A DNA stretch of 64,000 bases. Origin: Octopus sinensis (Eukaryota). Both the position numbers and the translations under genes were made by a program. The notes under the pieces are model-generated. The model did no database searches. It was given only the letters and a program-made list of their open reading frames with translations, and was not told the DNA's origin. Of this stretch, positions 49,994 through 62,520 are shown one piece after another. Numbering within the stretch: position 1 is the first letter of the stretch; the number at the start of each line of letters is the position of its first letter. Location of the stretch: positions 9,920,001 through 9,984,000 of the forward strand of contig NC_043016.1 of assembly GCF_006345805.1 (NCBI RefSeq), given 5' to 3'.

Positions 49994-52626
49994 TTAATCC
50001 TTCACTCAATTAAATACCTCCATCAAGTAGTTTGAGTGCCTCACACCGAGTTTGCTATGTTACGAGCATTGAAGCCATATTTCCACTTTGGGACTATCTT
50101 CCATTCTGTCTACCTTCCTGCCTGCCTCAGACTTCCTTATACAATAAAGAACCAGGGACATTGTCCTTCCTTCCATGACAAAACAGTAAAAAGAAACACA
50201 CTTATTACAAAAGACAATCCAGCCATGACCACAATCTTATATAAATTATGTCTAAAACAAAAAAAAAAAAATGTGCGATGGTCTATCATGTATATTGTTG
50301 CAAGGGGAAAATGTTTATGATGACAATACTTTCTCTCTGTCTGTCTGTCTCTCTTTTTTACACAGGTGTTGGAAGAATTATAAAATGACTTCAGATTAAC
50401 TGATTATTTCAAAATGATTTCTATTCTAGATACTGAAATCTTGTTAATGATAAGATCTCTATATACAGGTGGTATATTGCATACATATAAATATATTTAC
50501 ATATATATATATATATATATTGCCATTATCACCATCATCACCATTTTGATGCCCACTTTTCCATGTTTACACGGAATCGGTTGAGGCTGATTTTCTATGG
50601 TCAGATGCCCTTCCCAGGTGATAGCCCTCACCTGTTTCCATGTAAAGTAATATTTTAGCTTGACTACACATGTTTTCACTGAAGATTGGAAATGAAGAAC
50701 AGGAGAATCCATTACATATATAATGCTTTCTTCAGTCAGTTTCTACATACTAGAGGCCAATGGCATCTTTTCTTTAGTTTTAGCTCTGCTGCCTTTGTCT
50801 TTTAATCCAGCAATCATTGACAAATATTGTCCAGGTAGCTAGCATTTTAGTTTAAGACTTCGGAAATTGATCCAGACAGTTCAGTTCATAGTTCTTTAGA
50901 TATGTGTGTGTGTCCATGTGTTTGTGCGAGTGTGTTTGTATGTGTGTGTGTCCATGTGTTTGTGTGTGTGCTTGCATGTTTGTTTACATTTCTTAGATTG
51001 TTGACATCAGTGTTGCTGAATACTTCACCTCTACAACTTCCTGTTTTGAGGATGTGTAAAATATGCTGTCTTTTATCTGGGGGGGAAAAAAAAATGAAGG
51101 GTCAATGGTAAGGAGAGCCAAACATGAAGAATGGACAAACTTGAAAGAAAAAAAAAAAACCTGACAATATATTTATGTATATGTGTGTGTGTATTTTAAA
51201 ATGTTACTTGAACAATTATTACTTCAGAAAGAAAAGTGTTTTAATATTTAATTCCATGTATATGTGTGTGGTGTGCGTATATGAAATTGGTAAATATAAT
51301 GTACAATAAAAAATTTACTGTTTCGTTTTGGTTAGAATACCAGTTAATACTGACCAAAGTCTCACACTAGAGTTTGCCTGCATTCAACATCTCAATCTCT
51401 TCCTACCACTTCATTTATTTTTAGTTTCCCTCTACAAGTCTTAAGTGAAGTGTGAAGCAAATTGCATTTTATTATAAACCGTAACTTAGCAGTTCGGCAA
51501 AAGAGACCAATAGAATAAGTACTGGGCTTACGAAAGAATAAGTCTCGGTGTCGATTTGCTCAATTAAAGGCGGTGCTCCAGCATGGCCGCAGTCAAATGA
51601 CTGAAACAAGTAAAAGAGTATGGGATGTATCAGGAAGGGCATCTGACAATAGGATCCACCCTGTCCAACTTATGCAAGCATGGAATGGTGGATGTTAAAA
51701 TGATGATGATGATGATACATATAAAATATTGTATTGTTGGTAAGATCAGCAAAAAAAAAAAGTACTCTGTCTGGGTAGAGATAAATATGTCTGCTATTAT
51801 TAGCTTCATGTGCTGAATACATGCCAATGAACTAAAAATGAGATGATAGGATGAGAGCAAAAACAAGAAAAGGCACCTTTTCTTGCTTTTTCTTTCATCT
51901 TATTACCCCATTTTTAGTTCATTATGCCATGTGGGCAGTGTCTTATGATTGTGCTAGGGTACCAGGCATGTCAAAAACATCGTTTAACATGCTCTCGTCA
52001 CATGAAACTAATAGCAGCACAAAAATACATATATATGTATATGTATATATATATTTATGTATCCATACATTCATACATACACACACATACGGGCGCGCAT
52101 ATTTACTGGAGACTTGTCACAATGATCATTTTAGCAAGGTATTGTCAAGTGCCTTGATAAGACCTTGTTGGTTGAAATGATTATTGTACCAAGTCTTAAA
52201 AATAAAAAAAAGACAAAAAGCTCTACATTTGTATTATACATTAAGTGCTAAATCTGAAAGTATTCCACTTTGATGGAATGAAATTCAATAAAGATAATAC
52301 AACACACACACATATATATATAGATGTCATCAATTGCTAAATACCACCAAATTCCAACCTCCTTTATTTGGTGTTGTTGGCCCTTTGACCTTCCAACACT
52401 TGTTGATTACTATGACCAACTCATCTCGAAATTTTATATTATTTACATGTATTTATATGAACTTATTTCAAATACTCTTTACTGTACGAAAAGCCAGCCT
52501 ATGGCAAAACTTTGAAGTCACTGTGTACTTCCTTATAATAAATATTTTATTCAATGTCTTGTGTTGTCTCCTTTAATGTTTGTTGTTTTTATATATTTAA
52601 AAAGAAATATATGAAGATACATACAT

Positions 52627-52668
<42 letters not shown>

Positions 52669-52724
52669 CAAAAGGATGTGTTATAATACTATTCCACATA
52701 TACAAAACCAACAATCCAACATAC

Positions 52725-52794
52725 CTCCATCTTCAGCTGCTCCTCAGATATCATTATGGTTTTGACACCATTCAATCTGGCAGTGTGAGCAGCA
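52725..52794 (-). other. Candidate 70-nt internal exon of an unidentified convergent transcript
   Basis: Minus-strand polypyrimidine tract and ttattttag acceptor, GAG|gtatgt donor; an open frame reads AAHTARLNGVKTIMISEEQLKME. Confidence 0.35.
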
Positions 52795-53797
52795 CTAAAA
52801 TAAGTGTTGTTTGGGAACAAACAAACCAAAGAAACCACAACTTTCAAACACATTTACCCTATGTACAACCGTATCAGTAAATTACAACCACTCCTAAATA
52901 CGTTACTAAACGGCGACAACTCTATTAAGTCATACAAAAATTATAATTCCTACCGTCTTCTGTAGTATAATAAAAAGTAAAAGCTTAATAACCACATTGT
53001 TTCAATCAATATATTGGCAGGATTAAACACTAACTTTAATAAAACTACAACAAAGAGACATATAAGCCATATATAGAATATAAATATTATATATAAAAGT
53101 TAGGAGGTTGGAAGTCAGATGGTTAAATAAAAAAATATATATATATATTCACCTTGCAAACTTCCTGACTTTGTATATAACCCTCACAGAATTCTTTTAT
53201 CTCTTGGATTGTCTGGATTTTCAGTTACACAATACTTGACATTACTTTGTAAATTAATACAATGTGGACTGATAGCCAAGTCCATAAGGAGAGCTTACTG
53301 TGATAACTTCACAATTCTCTAAATGCATATCTTAAACTACTCGTTCATATATGTATATATTTATGTATAGTGATCAGAAATTTCAAACTAATGGGTGTTT
53401 GGGGTACCACTACAAATATAACAATTCTATTTAGAATTTAGGTACATTATAGAACTCAACATGTATCAAGCAAGTTCATGATGAAACATGGAACAAATCA
53501 CCTGCATCAGTTGTTAGCTGCAAAGACATTGCATCCTTTAAAACCTCCATGCTTCCTGAAATTCGTCAACACTACACTTGATATTCCTACCTTCATACGC
53601 ATGCACACATGTGTATCATGACTCATACACTGTTCACTTTCCTGACGTTTGCACATAATTCTATGTATTATACATGCACCTTTGATGAGTTGAAGTGCAC
53701 CTGAGCACTATACACAATTTTATTATTATTATTTTGTTTCCTTTAAACATCACTTCTTCAGGTAAATATACACCTTACAATACTATTTAAGTGATAT

Positions 53798-54215
53798 ACT
53801 CTTTACTCTCTTTTACTCTTTTACTTGTTTCAGTCATTTGACTGTGGCCATGCTGGAGCACCGCCTTTAATCGAGCAACTCGACCCCAGGACTTATTCTT
53901 TGTAAGCCCAGTACTTATTCTATCGGTCTCTTAGCCGAACCGCTAAGTGACGGGGACATAAACACACCAGCATTAGCTGTCAAGCGATGTTGGGGGGGAC
54001 AAACACAGACATACAAACTCACACACACACACATATATATATATATACATATACATATAAACGACGGGCTTCTTTCAGTTTCCATCTACCAAATCCACTC
54101 ACAAGGCTTTGGTCGGCCCGAGGCTATAGTAGAAGACACTTGCCCAAGGTGTCACGCAGTGGGACTGAACCCGGAACCATGTGGTTGATAAACAAGCTAC
54201 TAACCACACAGCCAC
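53798..54215 (-). mobile_element. SINE family A
   Basis: Reverse complement of the family A sequence. Confidence 0.85.
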
Positions 54216-54437
54216 AATCAAAGTACAACTCATACTTTTTAGCAGTGAAATGCAAGAAATTTTAGACGAAATATCTTACAAACTATAGAATTTTCTCAAT
54301 AAAGCCAAGAGAAAATGATGTTTTATAAACACATTCTACCAGTATACGAAGTTTAAAAATGTTTAGTTACCTGGAAATTATTTTTAAAAACTGCCGGTCA
54401 AACCGAAAAGATCCATATATATATATATATTTTTTTT

Positions 54438-54825
54438 TTACTTGTTTCAGTCATTTGACTGTGGTCATGCTGGAGCACCGTCTTTAGTCGAGCAAATCGA
54501 CGCTGGGACTTATTCTTTGTAAGCCCAGTACTTATTCTATCGGTCTCTTTTGCCGAACCGCTAAGTGACGGGGACGTAAATACACCAGCATCGGTTGTCA
54601 AGCAATGCTAGGGGGACAAACACAGACACACAAACATATACACACATACTTATATATATATACGACAGGCTTCTTTCAGTTTCCGTCTACCAAATCCACT
54701 CACAAGGCATTGGTCGGCCCGGGGCTATAGCAGAAGACACTTGTCCAAGATGCCACGCAGTGGGACTGAACCCGGAACCATGTGGTTGGTTAGCAAGCTA
54801 CTTACCACACAGCCACTCCTGCGCC
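54438..54825 (-). mobile_element. SINE family A
   Basis: Reverse complement of the family A sequence. Confidence 0.85.
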
Positions 54826-54970
54826 TATATATATATATATTGGAGATGTACTAGCATAGCAAGTAATTTGATCTGAGATCGTGTGCTGGAACGCAAACAA
54901 TTGCAGCGTGGAAGGTGCTTATAAGCCATTTAAGAAACACACAAAAACCGTTAGAATCATTTAAATTTAA

Positions 54971-55021
54971 TTTGTCAGAATATTTTCGTCGCTTTCAGAC
55001 CGCGACCTGTTCACTGACAAA
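54971..55021 (-). ncRNA. Putative minimal type I hammerhead ribozyme with G3:C8 core swap
   Basis: Minus strand reads TTTGTCA-GTGAACA-G-GTCGC(GGTCTGAAA)GCGAC-GAA-AATATT-C-TGACAAA: 7-bp stem I, 5-bp stem II, palindromic stem III and a UUC site. Confidence 0.65.
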
Positions 55022-55189
55022 ACTTCGTGCTGCATCTGAGAAAGTAAGTTAGTTCATGATATATATATGTACGTATGTATGTGTGTGTATGTGCGTGTGT
55101 GTGTGTGTATGTGCGCATGTAAGTATGTATGTATGCATGTATGTGTATGTATCTATGTATGTATATGTGTGTGCATGTATGTGTTTTAA

Positions 55190-57650
55190 GTGTAGTTCTA
55201 AGGCTGACACCGATAGCATGTGCGATAGTAGTTCTGATGTCGTGTGCATCTGAAGGGGGGTAGTCTGGCTTCATCCAACCCTGACAGCATTCACAGTGGG
55301 TCTTTTTGTATGCTGAGGTAATGGTAGGTGGTCTACCTCGTTTGTTACGGGTGTGACAAGCATATAGAAGATTATTGTGTGGCAGATATTCATCGGTACA
55401 AGTCAGGGCCAGGAAGAGCCCTAGTTCAAGGGCCAGGAAGAGCCCTAGTTCATATACGTTCACATTTTTTTAAACATCATATTACTCTCACTAATTATCT
55501 CTATACATTTTTCGACAGCAAAGTCTACATCAATGGAAGGATATAGTGATACCACATCCATGCTACCTACGATGTGGTCACTGAGGTCACATGTGTTGTT
55601 GCATTCGCGGATCCTGCTAAGGAGGGTCTTCGGTACTATCACATACATCCACAGATAACTTTATTAAGGGTCGTAGGAATTGTGAGAGAAAATATGATAT
55701 TTTGTGGTTGTTTGCATTGTTGGCACCACAAACAGGTCGGGTAGGTGACCCAAGTATATGATCCATGTGGCTCTTCAAAGGCCATATAGGGGTGGGATTT
55801 CATTGTTTGTAGTTATGAAATTGTTTGCTCTGCGTTTCTCAGACTGGAGAATACTCCACATCCCCATGTGAGCATTAAGTACCTATTCGTTTTCAATGTA
55901 CTCGAGTGTTGTTGTTTCTGTCATGTCTCTGATGTGTGGTTGCATGTTTGAAATGTAATTAGATATGTAGGAAATACGACCGTATGTGGAGGTTGGCGAC
56001 ATAGGTAAGTCACACGGTCGCATCCCTAACAAAATAAGATAAGCCATAAATACAATTTATACAATGCAGTGCCAACAGAATATAGATTAATGATGACAAG
56101 CTGTTCCACTGTTTGAGAGATGATAAGATTTTATTTACAATGGTGTTAAGGTTAGAATGGTTGTGAGTGCTAGCAAGTGTTGTGTATGCGTGGATCTGTG
56201 AAGTTGGTGTGTACATGTCTGAAGTGGACGATGGTAGAGACGACTTATAGTTGGTACAATGATGGTGATGACGGCGGCGGAGATAGAAGGCGTTCTGTTG
56301 CGGGTGTACATAAGCGTCGTCGTGGCTGATCGTCTGTCGCTGGAACTGGAACATGTTGAGTAGCTCTGTGGTCAGAGGTTAGTCCTTAGAAGGACTAGAA
56401 CCAAAGACCAAGTATACTGAGAACATTCCTTTATATACAAGTAAGGTGGCTCAACAGAGCCTAGGAAAAAGGGACCTTAACCAAAGGCCGTGATTGGTTG
56501 GCTTTGGACAGTGGCGCGAAATAAGTAGAGACAAATCACGCCACATGTCAACCAATCAATTCAGTGGACACAGCAGGAACAGCTCGGCCAAAGATGGCTG
56601 TAATCTCAAACGAGATCATTCCTGCCGTGTCTCTCAAACAGTGAGGATATCAGAGACCGCAACAGATAAATTGTCAACAGACATTCTACCTGATTTGTCA
56701 GTCGGGAAGCATACACTCTCTCTATTTTTGATACGATTTTTTAATTTGTTAAGGCCTTTCTTAATTTTGGTGTCAAGATCATGGGTCTTATTCTTTGTTC
56801 ATTTTTGTTTATGCCTTTGGGTGTAATTAGAGAAAGCTGACAGGAGTTTGGATTTAGTAAGGGTAAACTTTGCTTCTAAAGCATCGTCAGCATAGGGGTG
56901 GCATGCATACTCTTTTGTTGAAGGGTAAGTTGGTAGGGCAGACCCTTTTCATGTCAAACATGTCACGTTTGTCATAGAAACAACGCATGGAACGGTTATT
57001 GTCAGACGTGTCATGAATGTCAGGATTTTAGTTGTGGTTAAAGTGTGTTCTCCATCTAAGTTTGGTGAAGCATTTCTCAATGTCTGGTAGTATTGATTAT
57101 CTTACTAACCTTATTATATGTGGCGAACTTTGGAGGGAGTTCTAGGGCAGCGAGTTCATCTGTATCCGTACACTCTTCCGTTTCTTGTTAGTTGGTCATC
57201 ATCGACGGGTTTGTCATTCATAGAAATTCCATCAATCGATTCAGTCGTGTCAAACTGTTTAGTTGTTTGGTGGTTGTATGGTAGTTGTAACGTCCATGTT
57301 AGTTTCTCTTCAAAGTGATGTACGCACCTGGTTCCATACGGAGTTACATTCACGACGAAGTAGTTCTTTTAATTGTTTCATTTCTTGATTATTAAGTAAG
57401 TTCTTCACTTTAGCGAGGGCCTCTCGCTTTTCCTTTTCTTTAGTGGCAAGGTGTATATATAGTTTGGACTTCAGGTTCGTCATTAAGATACGTTTTAGTC
57501 TCGACGCTTGTCCTTTCTTTAGGTTTAGTGCTTCGACCGTTTTGTAGATCCTTTTCGGGTAAACCTTCAGTGAGATGCAGTGTCTAATGAAATGAAGCTG
57601 TTGCTTAGCTGTTATTTTTCTCAAGCAACAAGTATAAGTTAGAGGTATTT
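55190..57650 (-). mobile_element. Penelope-like element (PLE) remnant: N-terminal region and RT fragments
   Basis: KITAKQQLHFIRHC (57310-57624), IEKCFTKLRWRTHF, EIPPLYGL..PTRPVCGA, SMDVVSLYPSID and ELGLFLALTCT...RGRPPTIT; multiple stops and frameshifts. Confidence 0.75.
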
Positions 57651-58110
57651 AAAGTTTCTAAGGGATAGATATAGAATTATCCAAAGGCACTTCTGGTAAT
57701 TATTTCAGTAGGTATATTCCTTGGTAAAAGGTATACGGCAGCAGGTAATTTGGCGGGTAGCCGTAGTTTAATTTATATAGATGAGAAGAAAATGGAGGGA
57801 AAATAACAAACAGGAGTGTGTCTTTTGGGCTAATAAGCCCATTATTTAATTAGTAAATAAAGGTGAGAGTGAGAGTAAAGTTGTTTACGATAATTTCTGT
57901 TTACCATGGTGAGGAAAATATACAGAACGAAGAAGTCAGTGGTAAAGAGAAGAGTGAAAGATCAAAGATTACATCAGAAAAGAGAAGATCAAAGATTTGA
58001 GTGTCTTACACTATAGTTGGGAGGTTCACAGTTCGTTGAGTCCATTGTTAGGTGGATGAAGAATATAAGACACACTTCTGTTTGTTATTTTTCCTCTATT
58101 TTCTTATATA

Positions 58111-60122
58111 CAAGCTGGTGTACCCGGTAATTCCTGGGGGCAAAAGATGTTCTATTGAAACGCATTATTAGTCTGATATAAGAAAGCAATTTCGTTATAA
58201 CAGCCACAAAATGTGTATTTTCCATCACGAAACCGTATAAAAACTATCAACGGGAGGAGGGAGAGATTGTTGATGGTTGGCGAGAGAGGTTTTCGGAGGT
58301 TAGTGAAAAAGATTGTGGGAGGTTGTTGGAGTTTGGTGAGAGAAGTTGTCGGAGTTTGGCGACAGAGGTTGTCGGAGTTTGGTGAGAGAAATTGGCGGAG
58401 TTTGGCGACAGAGGTTGTCGGAGTTTGGCGAGAGAAATTGGCGGAGTTTGGCGACAGAGGTTGTCGGAGTTTGGCGAGAGAAATTGGCGGAGTTTGGCGA
58501 CAGAGGTTGTCGGAGTTTGGCGAGAGAAATTGGCGGAGTTTGGCGACAGAGGTTGTCGGAGTTTGGCGAGAGAAATTGGCGGAGTTTGGCGACAGAGGTT
58601 GTCGGAGTTTGGCGAGAGAAATTGGCGGAGTTTGGCGACAGAGGTTGTCGGAGTTTGCGAGAGAAATTGGCGGAGTTTGGCGACAGAGGTTGTCGGAGTT
58701 TGGCGAGAGAAATTGGCGGAGTTTGGCGACAGAGGTTGTCGGAGTTTGGCGAGAGAATTGGCGGAGTTTGGCGACAGAGGTTGTCGGAGTTTGGCGAGAG
58801 AAATTGGCGGAGTTTGGCGACAGAGGTTGTCGGAGTTTGGCGAGAGAAATTGGCGGAGTTTGGCGACAGAGGTTGTCGGAGTTTGGCGAGAGAAATTGGC
58901 GGAGTTTGGCGACAGAGGTTGTCGGAGTTTGGCGAGAGAATTGGCGGAGTTTGGCGACAGAGGTTGTCGGAGTTTGGCGAGAGAAATTGGCGGAGTTTGG
59001 CGACAGAGGTTGTCGGAGTTTGGCGAGAGAAATTGGCGGAGTTTGGCGACAGAGGTTGTCGGAGTTTGGCGAGAGAAATTGGCGGAGTTTGGCGACAGAG
59101 GTTGTCGGAGTTTGGCGAGAGAAATTGGCGGAGTTTGGCGACAGAGGTTGTTGGAGTTTGGCGAGAGAAATTGGTGGAGTTTGGCGACAGAGGTTGTTGG
59201 AGTTTGGTGAGAGAAATTGGCGGAGTTTGGCGACAGAGGTTGTCGGAGTTTGGCGGGAGTTGGCGAGAGAAATTGGCGGGGGTTGGCGAGAGAGGTTGTC
59301 GGAGTTTGGCGAGAGAGGTTGTCGGAGTTTGGCGAGTTAGTTATTTGGAGATGTTGAAAAAATGTGTATTAATGCAATGTGTAAATTAATTACAGCAATA
59401 TGTATATAACTGTTTAGATATTGAATTAGAATAGACGTTCATGAAAATGTTGTATGAAGATAAATAAGCAATAAATATTATGATTTGTGAAATAAGTATA
59501 ACTGATAATACAGGGTGTCGCGAGTCAGTGTGGTGTGGAAGTTAGTTTCATTTTTTAAGAATTTTAAGCATTCAAAGTATGAGTTCATTGTACTGGGACT
59601 AACTGGTGAAATACGTTGTGGAATGAAAAATGTATCATCGTAAAATTTGAACTATTACAAATACGTTGTGAAAAAAAAAAATTATCTACTGTCATGGAGA
59701 AAATGTAACTGTAAAAAGGCAGAATTATCGGAGTAATGGGCATTCGAGAAAGTATGTATAGAAATGTATGAATGAAGAGATTCAAATTGAGGAAGTGCAA
59801 TAATAATATTTAGCAGCTCAAAACTGTGAGTCGTGAAATACAGAATTAGGTCGGCTGATCGTTGGTTCAAAGCAATCGAACATAAACAATGAAATCGGTT
59901 ATTTCCCTTGAGTGTTTAAAAAAATTAGTTATATAAGGTATATATAAAGGTCCCTTCAAGAGGCCGTATTATCGATTTTTTTCAACAATCTAAATATGTC
60001 ACGAGGTTTCCAGACACGAGTTCTATTCACGTGTCAAGTTTCATCAAAATCAATAAAACGATGTAGGAGGAGTTAGCTAACAACGCCACAAACACACACC
60101 GATTTTCCACATATGTAGTAGA
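58111..60122 (-). mobile_element. Helitron-like element carrying an internal 46-bp satellite
   Basis: Minus-strand 5' a|TCTACTACATATG at 60122; 3' hairpin CCCAGGAATTACCGGG followed by CTTG|t ending at 58111. Confidence 0.6.
58330..59336. repeat. 46-bp (23+23 dimeric) GC-rich tandem array, roughly 21 copies
   Basis: Unit GGCGAGAGAAATTGGCGGAGTTT + GGCGACAGAGGTTGTCGGAGTTT; degenerate edges and a homogeneous core. Confidence 0.97.
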
Positions 60123-60539
60123 TATATATATTGTTTTATCTTTTTACTTGTTTCAGTCATTTGACTGCAGCCATGCTGAAGCACTGCCTATTTTCAAATA
60201 AATCGACCCCAGGACTTATTCTTTGTAAGCCTAGTACTTATTCTATCAGTCTCTTTTACTGAATCGCTAAATTATGGGGACATTAACACACCAGCATTGG
60301 TTGTCAAGCGATGTGTTGGAGGGAGGGACAAACACAAACATATACACACACATACATATACATACAGCAAATCGACCCCAGGATTTATTCTTTGTAAGCC
60401 TAGTACTCATTCTATCGGTCTCTTTTGCCGAACTGCTAAGTTACGGGGACATAGAATCAAGGACAGGATTGGTATAAAATTGGTTAAACTCAAAAAGTCA
60501 CCCAGAAAGTTTTCCGAAGTTATTCAAGCTGGTCTACCA

Positions 60540-61430
60540 TAAGAAGACAAGGTTCCTAGTCAAAGGACAATTCATAGAAGATTATTTGATGCTGGTCTTC
60601 AGTCCTATAAACCTTCAAGATTAACCTCAAAGAATATTGCTGATCTTTTGGCATTTTGACAAAAGTATTAAAAAATTGGTCAGTTGAACAACAAAAATGA
60701 GTTATTTTTTCAGATGAAATGCAGGTGTCATAGTTTTATACATTTTGCAGACATAGGCGCAGGAGTGGCTGTGTGGTAAGTAGCTTGCTAACCAACCACA
60801 TGGTTCCAGGTTCAGTCCCACTGCGTGGCATCTTGGGCAAGTGTCTTCTGCTATAGCCCCGGGCCGACCAATGCCTTGTGAGTGGATTTGGTAGACGGAA
60901 ACTGAAAGAAGCCTGTCGTATATATGTATATATATTATAAGTGTGTGTGTATATGTTTGTGTGTCTGTGTTTGTCCCCCTAGCATTGCTTGACAACCGAT
61001 GCTGGTGTGTTTACGTCACCGTCACTTAGCGGTTCGGCAAAAGAGACCGATAGAATAAGTACTGGGCTTACAAAGAATAAGTCCCGGGGTCGATTTGCTC
61101 GACTAAAGGTGGTGCTCAAGCATGGCCGCAGTCAAATGACTGAAACAAGTAAAAGAGTAAAGAGTATGTGAGACAACCTCTTAAGTGAAGAGGTAATCCT
61201 TGGTACATTAATCCCAACTGTTAAAAATGCTCCAAAAGTTATGGTGTGGGGAGCTATTTGTGCTGGTGGAAGATGTGGAGTGTGGTTTATACCTGAAGGT
61301 ACAACTATCAAGGGAACTAATTACCTTGAAATTCTGCAAACGAAAATCCTACCATTAATGAAGAGGAATCAGTGTATGCACTTCCAGCATCGGGGGACAC
61401 CATGTCACCAGACAAGAGCAGAAAGCTTGA
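60540..61430 (+). pseudogene. Tc1-like transposase remnant split by a SINE-A (60756-61165)
   Basis: SQRTIHRRLFDAGL, VIFSDE before the SINE, then TVKNAPKVMVWGAICAGG...YLEILQTKILP...FQHRGTPCH after it. Confidence 0.82.
60756..61165 (+). mobile_element. SINE family A, full length
   Basis: Family A head, body and tail. Confidence 0.85.
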
Positions 61431-61934
61431 CAACCGGAGATGGTGTGTTTATGGGCTTACAAAGAATAAGTCCTGGGGTCGATTTGCTGGACTAAAGGCG
61501 GTGCTCCAGCATGGCTGCAGTCAAATGACTGAAACAAGTAAGAGTGTGGTGAGACTTTTTGAACACCCTATACAAACCAAATACTGCAACCAGCATGGAG
61601 AACTTTAACCCTGTTTTGTTATCATATTTCTGTTAAAATATACTGCCTGCGTATCAATTAATTCTAAAACTAATGAAAAATTTACTAAAATAACTTTGTT
61701 TTAAGCCAATGTTTGTAACATAACATGAAATTTTAATGGAAGGTTTTAATTTAGATCTCTTTAAGTGGGGAAGTTTGTACCATAGAATCAAGGACAAGCT
61801 TGGTATAAAATTGGATAAACTCAGTTTATCAAGTTTCTTATCTGAGTCATTAATGTTTATAATTATAGAAGATAATGGAGCCTCATTAAACAGCTGAATA
61901 ATTTGTAAGCAATTCACTCTTTTATAATATGACT

Positions 61935-62520
61935 AGGCGGCGAGCTGGCAGAAACGTTAGCACGTCGGACAAAATGTTTAGCCGTATTTAGTCTGCCGTT
62001 GTGTTCTGAGTTCAAATTCCGCCGAGGTCGACTTTGCCTTTCATCCTCTCGGGGTCGATTAAATAAGTTCCAGTTACGTACTGGGGTCGATGTAATCGAC
62101 TTAATCCGTTTGTCTGTCCTTGTTTGTCCTCTCTGTGTTTAGCCCCTTGTGGGTAGTAAAGAAATAGGTATTTCGTCTGCTGCTACGGTCTGAGTTCAAA
62201 TTCCGCCGAGGTCGACTTTGCCTTTCATCCTTTCGGGGTCGATTAAATAAGTTCCAGTTACGTACTGGGGTCGATGTAATCGACTTAATCCATTTGTCCC
62301 CTCTGTGTTTAGCCCCTTGTGGGTAGTAAAGAAATAAGTATTTCGTCTGCCATTATATTCTGAGTTCAAATTCCGCCGAGGTCGACTTTGCTTTTCATCC
62401 TTTCGGGGTCGATTAAATAAGTTCCAGTTATGTACTGGGGTCGATGTAATCGACTTAATCCGTTTGTCTGTCCTTGTTTGTCCCCTCTGCGTTTAGCCCC
62501 CTTGTGGGTAGTAAAGAAAT
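61935..62520 (+). mobile_element. SINE family B with three tandem body units
   Basis: One head, then units starting at about 61985, 62168 and 62339, joined at aaagaaata(g/a)|gtatttcg. Confidence 0.82.

Noticed and set aside
50366-50383. Strong + strand acceptor followed by VLEEL* (possible alternative SWAP70 last exon)
   Set aside because: Six codons give no homology evidence, and skipping the conserved terminal exon is unsupported without RNA data.
48533-50760. ~140-bp direct duplicate at about 48533 and 50626
   Set aside because: Most likely two fragments of a common interspersed repeat; no distinctive structure.
57815-57845. Degenerate hammerhead-like hairpin (GGGC-TAATAA-GCCC) at the PLE 5' side
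   Set aside because: The core CUGANGA and GAAA elements are not recoverable.
58213-59389. ORFs of 375, 347 and 272 aa
   Set aside because: These are translations of the 46-bp array cycling through frames, not protein-like.
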